Below are positions 38,709 to 47,935 of a DNA stretch of 58,737 nt, piece after piece; position 1 is the stretch's first letter; the number at the start of each line of letters is the position of its first letter. The DNA is from a virus (lineage: Duplodnaviria; Caudoviricetes): the IMG/VR virus record IMGVR_UViG_3300030107_004408, positions 1 to 58,737 of that record. One strand, 5' to 3'. A model generated the notes under the pieces. The model had not been told where the DNA came from and searched no databases. It was given only the letters and a program-made list of their open reading frames with translations. A program made the position numbers and the translations under genes.

Positions 38709-39355
38709 CAGCGCATTTCCACTAAGATCAGTTCACGGTTGAAAATTTGGCAGGCTTTCGTCGAGGAGTCGAACGTTGTGTAGTCTTCGTCTGCGACAAG
38801 CTTTGCGATGAGGCTAAACGTATTTTCCCCAGGCACTACAGGTACCACAGCGTCTAGCGAGAATCCGTGGGCGTTTGTGTACATGCCTTCTCCGGTCAAA
38901 TCGTTAGATCTGTCTGTACATCCGGTAGCTGTTTCTGCTATTTGATTGCCGTTAATGGCAAGACAGTACTGAAAAGAAGCTTCGGTGGGGTTGAGGCCCA
39001 TATAGAAATTCTGGAAAGAAGCCAGTACCCAGACCAGCGATGAGTCTGTGGTGATTTTCTTCTCGATTATGGTTGTCCATTCACGGCTATTACTGATCTG
39101 CACATGGTTGGTCGGACTGCTCGATGCCGCAGTATGATAATCCATGCCGTGGTCTACCTTTTGGTAGACATTGTAAATTCTGATCGCAGCAGACTCTCCG
39201 ACATCGTTTTTATCGGTAATCGCATTTTCAGCCCAATTGTGTTCTCCGAGATTTCCTTCAATCTCGTTGACTACTTGTCGAAAATTGTGGTTTACCGATT
39301 CTAGGTCTGCGGGATACCCCGCTTTATCCCTGTACTTTGGGAAGTATTGTGCCAT
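38708..39355 (-). CDS. Tail-associated protein
   Basis: N-terminal GYPADLESVNHNF motif. Confidence 0.55.
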   Translation of the reverse strand: MAQYFPKYRDKAGYPADLESVNHNFRQVVNEIEGNLGEHNWAENAITDKNDVGESAAIRIYNVYQKVDHGMDYHTAASSSPTNHVQISNSREWTTIIEKKITTDSSLVWVLASFQNFYMGLNPTEASFQYCLAINGNQIAETATGCTDRSNDLTGEGMYTNAHGFSLDAVVPVVPGENTFSLIAKLVADEDYTTFDSSTKACQIFNRELILVEMR

Positions 39356-41529
39356 CAGGGCATCCTAAATCTTGCGCCCATTTTGGGCTCTTCGTCAATC
39401 ATCATACCAAGAAATTCGCAGCGAGAATTTGTGGTAATTACAATTTTATAAACTTCGCAAGACGGGATGTCGATATCTACCCGTTTCCAGTAAGGGCGCC
39501 TGCGGACCCACTCGCTGCCGTCTCCCCATTTTGCAGTGCCCCATTGCGGTGGGATATCTTCTGGAGAAAATAGCGTGGCATTCGCGGTGTCTGTGTAAAT
39601 TGCTTCGCTGCCCATTCTCCAGTCTCGATACACCTTGATCGTTGCGGAAGAATTCGCAGTTTCTCGGAAGCACAAGTAAACCGTCTTAGCTGTCTTGCGG
39701 TTACTTGACATTGCCCATTCGATCCAAGAAGTTTCGATCGTGGCAGTCGGAGCTGCTGGTTCATGTGAAGACACTTCGTGGTCTAATACCCAAATTCCAT
39801 TGTCTTCCGTGCCACTGTTGTCTGCGACTTTGCCCGCTGCTACCAGCATCTTCCTGTGGTCATTAGTCACGCACACTGACATCACTGTCTCGTGAATACG
39901 CCTACGCCAACCATCTTGGATTGGGCTATACACGAAACACATGTTGTTACCGATCTTGCTGTAGTTATCTACGTTTACCCAGCATCGGTATTCTTTCGAC
40001 ACAGGGTCCACTACGGCACAGGCTTGCTTGGCCCTGACGGGGTTTATTTTCTGCACTAGATGGGTGATTTCATTACTCAGGAGAAACACTGCCCCGTCTT
40101 TGTACTGAAAGAAGCCCTCCCGGCCTAGCCATACAGTGCTTCCGTCTGGCAAATCAGCGAAAGAACTGGGTGCAACGCAGCCGAAGAATCGATCGACTGT
40201 GCTTGTTTTGAACCCGTCTCCGTCTGAGTTTTGCGTAATCAGGAACGTAGACGAAGCAGTGAACACAAGTAGGCCGTCCCCGGTGTTCCACAGTCCGGTT
40301 ACTTCTCCACCGGCAGGGTCTGGGTAGATTTCAGTGCCGTCCTCAAAAGTGCCAAATCGCCCAGGCAGTGAGGGGATGACTTTTGCCGGATCGTCTTTCG
40401 TGTTGGCAATCCACAGTCGGCCCATTGCCAATCTGCATAGCTTGAAAATCGGTACTGGTATGGCTTCTAATGGGCGTGCCAGTAGGAAAGCATCCGGTAC
40501 GTTATCCGGCATAGATGTGGCTGAGTTGTCTGGTATTGTGGCGTACAGCCCGAAGGAACCTGCACCTACGTTACCGGGTACAACAAACAGGTCATCCGTA
40601 CCGCTGTTCTTAGTGTCGCGCGTGCGTAACAGTAGGCGTCCAGTAGTCCCTTCTCTACCTCTAGCTAGATTGCCCCAGTACACCTGTTTCTGGACTTGGC
40701 CTGCTGTGTCCCCTTCCGTGTCCACTGATTGTTGGTGAAAGTGTACGCCGTTGGACCGCTGGGAAATAGGAGACAGGTTCCCAAACATATCTACCCACTG
40801 CACAGCAGCTTGGTACATTCCTTCCAGCAGGTACGATTTCCCGTCTCCTACCCCTAAAGGTTGTACGACAATGGTGCCCAGTCTGCCATATCCCCAATCT
40901 TTGTGCAGGGTGTAGCCCGCTGAAGCTCTGTCAATTGAGTAGCCCTTGGCGTTGGGGCTAGCGTCTGCAACAGTTTCCGGCCCATAGCCCAGAGGGGTTG
41001 CGGGAGCTGAATCGTAGCCCAAGGGTGTTGTTACTTCCCCATTGCAAATGTAGGCTCTGCCGTTTTGGGGTACGATCACAACGCCCTTTGGGGTCCGCTC
41101 AAACTGCGTAGGGAATTGCGGAGAAGGGTCATCCACTAGATCTACGGTGATTTGAGGGTTCGTAGACGCCTCTCCGATAATTTCATACCAGGGGTCGGAA
41201 GGCTTCCAGCCTTGGAAGATGGCGATGTTGGAGCCGCTGTGTACGATCAGCACATCTTGTGCGGTGCTCTCAAAATATGCGTGAAAGACACCATGCATCC
41301 TGCCATATAGAGTAGGCCAGCTATAGGTATAGCCACCAGTATCCTGATCGTAGGTAGCTATTTTTGGCACTAATGGCGCGGGACCGTGTACAGAGGCTAG
41401 AGTGCCCTCTGGAGTATCGACAAAATTTTCTATTCTTGCGGCAACTTCTGACGGCGTAATAAGCCGCCCGGTTTCATTCCGAAGAATAAGGGGCGGTGTG
41501 GTGTCTCTACCTTTACCAAAGCCCCCCAT
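39355..41529 (-). CDS. Tail nozzle/stabilisation protein (beta-propeller-like)
   Basis: Size, position after the adaptor, GCVAP..WLGREGFFQY pattern. Confidence 0.6.
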   Translation of the reverse strand: MGGFGKGRDTTPPLILRNETGRLITPSEVAARIENFVDTPEGTLASVHGPAPLVPKIATYDQDTGGYTYSWPTLYGRMHGVFHAYFESTAQDVLIVHSGSNIAIFQGWKPSDPWYEIIGEASTNPQITVDLVDDPSPQFPTQFERTPKGVVIVPQNGRAYICNGEVTTPLGYDSAPATPLGYGPETVADASPNAKGYSIDRASAGYTLHKDWGYGRLGTIVVQPLGVGDGKSYLLEGMYQAAVQWVDMFGNLSPISQRSNGVHFHQQSVDTEGDTAGQVQKQVYWGNLARGREGTTGRLLLRTRDTKNSGTDDLFVVPGNVGAGSFGLYATIPDNSATSMPDNVPDAFLLARPLEAIPVPIFKLCRLAMGRLWIANTKDDPAKVIPSLPGRFGTFEDGTEIYPDPAGGEVTGLWNTGDGLLVFTASSTFLITQNSDGDGFKTSTVDRFFGCVAPSSFADLPDGSTVWLGREGFFQYKDGAVFLLSNEITHLVQKINPVRAKQACAVVDPVSKEYRCWVNVDNYSKIGNNMCFVYSPIQDGWRRRIHETVMSVCVTNDHRKMLVAAGKVADNSGTEDNGIWVLDHEVSSHEPAAPTATIETSWIEWAMSSNRKTAKTVYLCFRETANSSATIKVYRDWRMGSEAIYTDTANATLFSPEDIPPQWGTAKWGDGSEWVRRRPYWKRVDIDIPSCEVYKIVITTNSRCEFLGMMIDEEPKMGARFRMP

Positions 41530-41545
41530 TGTTCACTCCAGTGCC

Positions 41546-42016
41546 TTACTTGGAGCAGGTACTTACATGCTTCTCAAAGGACTTTTCGTACTTGTAAACC
41601 TTATCGCATTTGGGGCAGGCGTGCCCTTCCGTTGCGGTCATCGCCACATCGATGGCAGCGTTTAGGTCATCTTGGGCAACCACCTGCATACCTGCCGTGA
41701 CAATATCCAAGTGTGTGGCGCCCTGCTCATTAAGCTTTTCTACGACACGCTGCGCAACCTTTTCGATAATGCTTTCCAAGTTATCCTTGGTCAATGCATA
41801 AACGGGTTCCCACTCTTTTAGCGGATTGTTCTTATGGTTAATGAACTCTTGGCCCTGTCCAGGGCGTAGGAACATGGCCTTCCAGTACCCGTTTTCGTCT
41901 TCGGACATTGTTCTAACAACAGCAATATCCACCTTGCCTTGTTCGCTTGTCTTGCGGTAATACAGGACATTGGGATCAGGGGCAGGATCTTTGCGATATC
42001 GGTGCGGTCCGTACAT
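41546..42016 (-). CDS. Hypothetical protein with C-terminal C2H2/C2HC-type Zn finger
   Basis: CPKCDKVYKYEKSFEKHVSTC. Confidence 0.6.
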   Translation of the reverse strand: MYGPHRYRKDPAPDPNVLYYRKTSEQGKVDIAVVRTMSEDENGYWKAMFLRPGQGQEFINHKNNPLKEWEPVYALTKDNLESIIEKVAQRVVEKLNEQGATHLDIVTAGMQVVAQDDLNAAIDVAMTATEGHACPKCDKVYKYEKSFEKHVSTCSK

Positions 42017-43515
42017 TAACTATTCTCCGTGAATCTGACTCGCGACTCCCGCACAGGTCTGCGCACTCTGGCGGCCTTCTTCTTGGGGCGCAAGCGCTGC
42101 ATGTTACCATACCGCTTGCTAATCGTGGTCATTAGGTTTTCGTAGCTGGAGCGTGCAACTCCTGCCATCTCTGGGTTGCCCTGCGCTTCGTATAGCATGA
42201 CAAGGATACGCTCGATCAGCGCATCGATGGCTTCTACGTGCAGTCTGGGCGTGTCTTGATCGTGCACCAACGGTGCTGGTCTGCGCAACGCTCGGATATC
42301 GATCTCGTAACGATCGTCTGGCATAGGCCAAAATCGAACAGAACGGTACCCATGCGTTGTCTTCAGCCGGTGATTGTAGGCGGGTATCTCTGAGCCGTCG
42401 TGCTCATACACTTGCGCGGACCCATTTACTTCTGCCAGCAAGTGGAACACTTCAGATGATTCGATATTTGGTGTATAGCCAACACCACCAACTGGGCTAG
42501 ACGAGTACCTACGTACGTAAATACGCTTTCTAAGCCCAGATCTGCCTTTTCGGATTGCGTCCACAATAGCGCTACTAGAGGAGTCATACTTGCGGTAGTA
42601 ATCCAAGATATGGTCTACGTTCGGCAGCTCAACTTTGATAACGGTAAAGGGAGAGGCGCCTGGGTATTCCACTGTAGACGACACTGGGGAAGGGGCGCTT
42701 TCCCAAAGAGGCTCGGACAGATTATTGCTGTTTTTTACCTCGGAATCCCTCTTCCCCCACACATAGGTGTAGCAGTAGTCGAATTTGCCCGCTGGGTCTG
42801 GGCCTAGCCAACCGACTGCGTGCACTCCGTCCAGGGATGCGGTGGGGGCAATCGTAGGCGTATCAATTTGGAAATGCTTGCCTCTGAAAATACGGTAGGG
42901 ACGCCCTGTTTCGTTACCCCGATAGTCCAAGTACTCGTACCGTTCCATGTCGTACTGAGTGGTGACTTGGAGTGGGTAGTGGGTATTGGAGAACAGGTGG
43001 GCGGATCGGATGTCGATCAAGTCTGACGGCAGGTAATACTCTGACGTGAAGATACGGTATTTCATACCGGTATCTGACGTGTTGTCCCAGGGCAGATCAA
43101 TGGTGAATCTGTCAACGGTGTCGGAGCCCACTATTTGGGACCAAACTTCTCTAATTCGCCTGCGAATTACAGTTCCATCTGACTTCTCTACCTCTACCAT
43201 CCTCCCATCCCAGGTTCCGTCAGTCGTCCAGGTGGCGTGGTCAGATGCGGTAGATGTAGCGTACGTACGCTCTAATACGTACTCGTCACCAGAGTTTACG
43301 GATAGCCTGTCAGTTGACGTGCCCGTTGTCTGTGTAACGTCTGGTGCTGTGACGATTTTAATCTCGTCTTCAAAAAACAAGAACGGGGCTTCCAGCGATA
43401 AAAGCTGGTAAGCCCTGTTGATGAAGCGATCCACCTTAGCCTTGAACTCGGTAGACTGGTTGGGGTTCCAGTCTACCTGTTCAAGAACTCGGGTACGGAT
43501 CTCTCCCTTGTTCAC
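42016..43515 (-). CDS. Head-tail adaptor-like protein with an inserted domain
   Basis: Probable GTG start at 43515 (VNKGEIRTRV...FINRAYQ); C-terminal FWPMPD. Confidence 0.6.
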   Translation of the reverse strand: MNKGEIRTRVLEQVDWNPNQSTEFKAKVDRFINRAYQLLSLEAPFLFFEDEIKIVTAPDVTQTTGTSTDRLSVNSGDEYVLERTYATSTASDHATWTTDGTWDGRMVEVEKSDGTVIRRRIREVWSQIVGSDTVDRFTIDLPWDNTSDTGMKYRIFTSEYYLPSDLIDIRSAHLFSNTHYPLQVTTQYDMERYEYLDYRGNETGRPYRIFRGKHFQIDTPTIAPTASLDGVHAVGWLGPDPAGKFDYCYTYVWGKRDSEVKNSNNLSEPLWESAPSPVSSTVEYPGASPFTVIKVELPNVDHILDYYRKYDSSSSAIVDAIRKGRSGLRKRIYVRRYSSSPVGGVGYTPNIESSEVFHLLAEVNGSAQVYEHDGSEIPAYNHRLKTTHGYRSVRFWPMPDDRYEIDIRALRRPAPLVHDQDTPRLHVEAIDALIERILVMLYEAQGNPEMAGVARSSYENLMTTISKRYGNMQRLRPKKKAARVRRPVRESRVRFTENS

Positions 43516-43519
43516 TCGG

Positions 43520-43996
43520 CTATCCCATGCAATTGATGAAACAATTACCGGTAGCGCCAGCGGAGATACCTGCCGTAGCAATGCCGAAGACGGCACTGGT
43601 AACGGCGGCAGCGTCATCTGCGGTGCCTACGGCATCCCCTACGATGAGGCCCGTATCTGCGCTAAGGTCGCCTGTATCAGCGAGCACTGAGCCTAGTCCT
43701 CTGCGGAGAATGAATCCGTAAGAGTTCTGGGCAATAGCGTGCTGAGCGACACCGACAACTCGGCTAGCATGAGTGTTAGCTGGGGACTTTTGTACAACAT
43801 AAGTTGTAGCGCCATCACCGAACGAAAGTACGCTACCCACTACAGCGGCTGCTCCGGTCATCTGGACATAGATCCAGACCTTTTCACCGGCATTGCCATC
43901 ATCAGCGGGTTGGTGGTAGCAAAATCCTAGTGGAAGTTTTGCGGAAGTATCAACGTCAGTGACGCTGATACCCATGGTACGAGATGCTGCTCCCAT
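43520..43996 (-). CDS. Capsid cement/decoration protein
   Basis: Directly after the MCP; Gly/Ala-rich; VGVAQHAIAQNSYGFI. Confidence 0.6.
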   Translation of the reverse strand: MGAASRTMGISVTDVDTSAKLPLGFCYHQPADDGNAGEKVWIYVQMTGAAAVVGSVLSFGDGATTYVVQKSPANTHASRVVGVAQHAIAQNSYGFILRRGLGSVLADTGDLSADTGLIVGDAVGTADDAAAVTSAVFGIATAGISAGATGNCFINCMG

Positions 43997-44005
43997 AATA
44001 GCCTC

Positions 44006-45088
44006 CTAAGCGTTGGCAGTGCCGTCAACGACACCATTAGCGTTAAGACGATCACAGTACATCTGCATGGAGAGAACGATCTCCCACTCCCAGGCATCCT
44101 GTCCAGGAACCTTGGTAGGACCGCGCATAGCGAAGTCACCGCGAGTTTCCATTCCAGAATCTTCACCCTGAGTGTAGATGTGCCAAGAATCAGACTTCAG
44201 GAAGTAGATAACACCATTTCGACTAGTGAAGGTCGAAGCGCTGGTATCAAGCTCGGGCTCTACATAGAACTCGGCTTCCTGGAACATAAGTCCCTGACGA
44301 ACACCGCGACCCTTCTCACCATCAAAGCGAGCTTGGTAACGGACCTGATCGTCCAGATCATCGTAGTAGTTGTTGAAGGATGCGATGTCTCCGATCATAA
44401 GATCGCAAGGTCCACCTGACTTACCCTGAAGGGAAGCATCCCAGTACACTCGGCGCATCTGCTTACGGCCATTGGTCGCGAAGCTGGATACCTGCTGATA
44501 CTGGTTAAACCAACCAGTAGTAGCACCGCTAGTAGCACCTTCCTTAGCCAAACCAAGGACTGTCTCGTTCTGAGCGCTTGCAGCGGCAAAGTCGAGGATA
44601 CCGTTAACGGAAGAGCCCTGAGGGTTGAAGGTGGTGTCACCATTGAGGGTGAGGAAACCGTCAACATTGTCGCTAGAACCGGCACCGGTCACAAGCTGCT
44701 TAACGATCTGCTCGTGGAACTCCATCAGAGCGGCTTCGGGATAGACCTTGATCAGACGAGCAATTGCAGTCTCGCCAGATGCTTCGGCCAAGTCCTTGCC
44801 GGGAATGATGTAGCTGTAAATCATACGTGGGCAGTAGATCTGACCACGAGCACCGACAGTCCGACGAGTCGAGCTGTAGATTTCAGAGCCAGTATCAATG
44901 CGAGTCACCTGACCGGGACCATTGGTCACGACGGGGAACTCTAGGTAGGGACCACCCTGCGTATTGCGTTCGATATTACCCTTAAGGATAATCTTATCGA
45001 GAACTGGGTGGTGCTGATAGAACTGTTCAGTCCATTCGGGAATTAGCTTGTTCTGAGCAAAATTCAGAACGTCAGCATTTGTGGGCAT
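44006..45088 (-). CDS. Major capsid protein
   Basis: About 360 aa, after the scaffold; GGPYLEFPV; strong codon bias; GGAG before ATG 45088. Confidence 0.75.
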   Translation of the reverse strand: MPTNADVLNFAQNKLIPEWTEQFYQHHPVLDKIILKGNIERNTQGGPYLEFPVVTNGPGQVTRIDTGSEIYSSTRRTVGARGQIYCPRMIYSYIIPGKDLAEASGETAIARLIKVYPEAALMEFHEQIVKQLVTGAGSSDNVDGFLTLNGDTTFNPQGSSVNGILDFAAASAQNETVLGLAKEGATSGATTGWFNQYQQVSSFATNGRKQMRRVYWDASLQGKSGGPCDLMIGDIASFNNYYDDLDDQVRYQARFDGEKGRGVRQGLMFQEAEFYVEPELDTSASTFTSRNGVIYFLKSDSWHIYTQGEDSGMETRGDFAMRGPTKVPGQDAWEWEIVLSMQMYCDRLNANGVVDGTANA

Positions 45089-45103
45089 GACTTTCTCCAA
45101 TCA

Positions 45104-46036
45104 TCAGGTAAGCCTGTTTTTGGCAGACCAATTAACTGCCTCGCGGGCAGCACTTAATCTAGCTTCTCGCGGATTGCGAGGAGCCTGGGCTCCCCGTACA
45201 CTTGCCGGATTGTTCCTATTCTCAGCACCCGATGTCAACTGAGCCGCTGGCCTTGGTGCTCGCTTACGCTTGCCGGCCTTCATCAGGGCATGCTCTACAG
45301 CTACTTCTGAGGGTGTTCCCTTCGATCGTAGTGCATTTGCAATTTCGATAGTCTTTTCGTTCTGACCTACGAGTCTAGCTGCTGCATCTGGATCCCATCC
45401 CGCATCTAGCAATCCGCCAAGCTGTTCACGCTTATTTTCTGACTTGAAAATATGCGCGTGCTTCTTCTTGTACTGCTCTGCGTATTCTGCTGCTTGCGCG
45501 TCAACTTCGGCTTCAACATATTCCTTGAATTGATCAAATTCGCTTTGAAGACTGCCCATTTCGTTTTTTAGGCGTTCGTTTTCGGCCGTATACTGGCCCA
45601 AACGAGGATCTTCGGCGCCTCCTAGAATACTACGGAGCAAGTCCCTTTCTTCTTGGATTTCAATTTGCGTCTTTTTCAGGGCTTCCAGATCAGCACGCTC
45701 GGTGTCAAACGCCTTGCGCTGTTCCGCTAGATCTTGGAATTTTTTGGTGTAGCCGCTTTCTAACTGCTTGTGCAGAAAGCCTACAGGTTCACGCAAAATT
45801 TCAGGCAGGACATCCATGTTCCCATCCCAAACAGATGCGTCGAAACCCGAAAGCGGGTCGGGGGTTGTTGCAGACAGCCTCTCTTCAGCGGAACTGCCAC
45901 CGAGTGCTGTGTGGTTATCCGGCGATGCCGGGTTTGATTCAGGAGACTCCACAGACGTTTCGGCCGTACTGGTGCTAACCTCACTGGTAGCGGGTGCGGC
46001 TTCGGCGGCAGGGCTGGTCGTTCCTTCTTCCATCAA
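45104..46036 (-). CDS. Scaffolding protein
   Basis: Acidic disordered N-terminus, GYTKKFQDLAEQRK coiled coil, upstream of the MCP. Confidence 0.7.
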   Translation of the reverse strand: MMEEGTTSPAAEAAPATSEVSTSTAETSVESPESNPASPDNHTALGGSSAEERLSATTPDPLSGFDASVWDGNMDVLPEILREPVGFLHKQLESGYTKKFQDLAEQRKAFDTERADLEALKKTQIEIQEERDLLRSILGGAEDPRLGQYTAENERLKNEMGSLQSEFDQFKEYVEAEVDAQAAEYAEQYKKKHAHIFKSENKREQLGGLLDAGWDPDAAARLVGQNEKTIEIANALRSKGTPSEVAVEHALMKAGKRKRAPRPAAQLTSGAENRNNPASVRGAQAPRNPREARLSAAREAVNWSAKNRLT

Positions 46037-46043
46037 TGTAATC

Positions 46044-46637
46044 CTATACTAAATCGTAAACTCTTTGGCGCTTTTTTTTCTGCAAAAGCCCATGCCCTGC
46101 TGCTTCTGCTAACTCGCCATGCTTAACCGTGCCGGGAACCGGTGAATCGCCAATAGTGGGTGCAGCTTCGGCCTTAGTCCCTAGTTTTAACTCAGGAGAG
46201 TGATGCTCCTGCGTCAGGGTGTTTTTGGCTGCGCTTTTGCCGAAATCTTTTAGCATTTGCTTAGTTTCCGGCTCTTTCAGCGCCTCCCGCAGCTTACTAG
46301 TTTTTGCTTCTGGGGTTGGCGCTAAAAACGTACTCGGGTCCGCTAGTAGATTAGGGTCTGCTGTAATCGGAGCAGGTTTTTGCAAACCTTGGATTTTTGT
46401 GCCAGAAGGTGCAGTCATGCCCCCCTTCGCAGCGCCCTTAGCCACATTTAGGCCAGACATTCCAGCGTTACCTGCCGTGGGAAGACTGGCAACGGAACCG
46501 AGGCCAGCACCAGCACCAGCGGCACCGGCACCGGCACCGGCAGCACCGGCACCGGCAGCGGAACTGCCAGCCAGCGCCAAGCCGCCGCTACCAGCGCCTA
46601 CGCTTGCCATAAACGGCGCAAGGGCAGCAAGAGCCAC
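46044..46637 (-). CDS. Gly/Ala-rich hypothetical protein
   Basis: GAGAAGAG low-complexity run. Confidence 0.55.
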   Translation of the reverse strand: MALAALAPFMASVGAGSGGLALAGSSAAGAGAAGAGAGAAGAGAGLGSVASLPTAGNAGMSGLNVAKGAAKGGMTAPSGTKIQGLQKPAPITADPNLLADPSTFLAPTPEAKTSKLREALKEPETKQMLKDFGKSAAKNTLTQEHHSPELKLGTKAEAAPTIGDSPVPGTVKHGELAEAAGHGLLQKKKRQRVYDLV

Positions 46638-47023
46638 TAGACTCTACCCATCTCGGTAGCGGCCTTATCCTTCTTGTCCTTGTCGAACTGCAAAGCGGCT
46701 TGCACTGCGGAGATACGGCTATCTTGGCCTGGATTTCCACTTTCTGGTGGTGGCATCATTTCGCCGCCAGCTTCCGGTGGTGGCCCCATAGCCATGCCCA
46801 TACCCATGTCGCCTTCCGGTGGAAGCGGGGGCATTTCGCCTTCCATGCCCATCTCATCTTCCATACCTTCGGGGGGCATACCCTCTTCGGCTTCGCCACC
46901 TTCTTCTCCAGCAACATGCCCACGGGCAGACAGTTCGTCGTACATGGCGTTGCCGTCCAAACCTTGGGCGATCAGCTCGTCCAGAGCCGCAACAATTTCT
47001 TCTCGGTATCCTTCTAGAGGCAT
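46637..47023 (-). CDS. Acidic Met/Pro-rich hypothetical protein
   Basis: GGAG SD; coupled ORF. Confidence 0.55.
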   Translation of the reverse strand: MPLEGYREEIVAALDELIAQGLDGNAMYDELSARGHVAGEEGGEAEEGMPPEGMEDEMGMEGEMPPLPPEGDMGMGMAMGPPPEAGGEMMPPPESGNPGQDSRISAVQAALQFDKDKKDKAATEMGRV

Positions 47024-47035
47024 TTTATTCTCCGG

Positions 47036-47299
47036 TTATCCGACTGGATCACGCAGGTTTCTTTGGTTTTTAAGGGCAGATTGCGCTGCCTGGAGTCTTC
47101 GATCGGCGTAAGTTGAACCTTCTAGCTCGCCCGTACCCGTCATTGTATCTTCTTGCGGGACTTCATCTGCCAGCTCTTCTTCCGCCAGCATTTCCCCTTC
47201 GGGCGTTTGGGGTCCACCTAGCTTTTCCTGGATCTTAGGCAACAGGGATTCTAGCTGCCCCTGCGCTTCCGAATACAATTGGCTGGTGGTTAATGCCAT
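47036..47299 (-). CDS. Hypothetical protein
   Basis: ORF within the head operon. Confidence 0.5.
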   Translation of the reverse strand: MALTTSQLYSEAQGQLESLLPKIQEKLGGPQTPEGEMLAEEELADEVPQEDTMTGTGELEGSTYADRRLQAAQSALKNQRNLRDPVG

Positions 47300-47307
47300 T
47301 TGGCCCC

Positions 47308-47697
47308 CTACGATGCTGCCGTAGTCTTAGCAGATGCAGTCTTTTTTGTCATGTCGCTTTTGTATTCCTGGACGCTTTTGTATCCATGTGAGTTCAATAC
47401 GTCATGCTGCCTTTGTTTTATCGACATATTGAAATCGGTGTCTTCTTTCGAGCCCTTTTCCACTGCGATAGCCTTCGGGTGCGCTTTTAGCCATGCACGC
47501 TTTTCGGCATTGCTTTCCCAGCGCGTGCCCAGTTGGGTGCTGACCTCTGCATTTGAAAATACGATGCCGTGGGTAGGCACTGCTGCTACGATTACACGTA
47601 CTTTCGCACCACAATCAGGGCAAATGTCGTGCTCTTGGTGCCTTTGGAGTACTTCTCTTACCCCACAGTTTGGGCAATCGTGATCATATGCCAGCAT
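47308..47697 (-). CDS. FmdB-like zinc-ribbon protein
   Basis: YDHDCPNCG...CPDCG. Confidence 0.65.
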   Translation of the reverse strand: MLAYDHDCPNCGVREVLQRHQEHDICPDCGAKVRVIVAAVPTHGIVFSNAEVSTQLGTRWESNAEKRAWLKAHPKAIAVEKGSKEDTDFNMSIKQRQHDVLNSHGYKSVQEYKSDMTKKTASAKTTAAS

Positions 47698-47698
47698 T

Positions 47699-47935
47699 CT
47701 AAGCCTTCCTGTTTGCTTCTTCGCGGTTGTATTTACGGCTAACTACACGCAGATTATCTTCGGAATTATCCATCGGATTACCATTTACGTGGTGCACTTC
47801 TTTCCCGTCTCCTTTGCTTACTCGCCCTTCTCGCTGCGCTTTTCTGCGAGCTGCGTTGCGCTTAGCTCGGGCTCTTATATCTTCGATGGAAGACTGGAAT
47901 TTTCTGTATTCTTCTTTGTAATTACGCTTAGCCAT
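47699..47935 (-). CDS. Small HNH endonuclease-like protein
   Basis: GDGKEVHHVNGNPMDNSEDNLRVVSRKYNR. Confidence 0.75.
   Translation of the reverse strand: MAKRNYKEEYRKFQSSIEDIRARAKRNAARRKAQREGRVSKGDGKEVHHVNGNPMDNSEDNLRVVSRKYNREEANRKA

Noticed and set aside
46500-46560. GCACCG/GCACCA tandem repeats
   Set aside because: Explained by the Gly-Ala low-complexity coding of 46044-46637.
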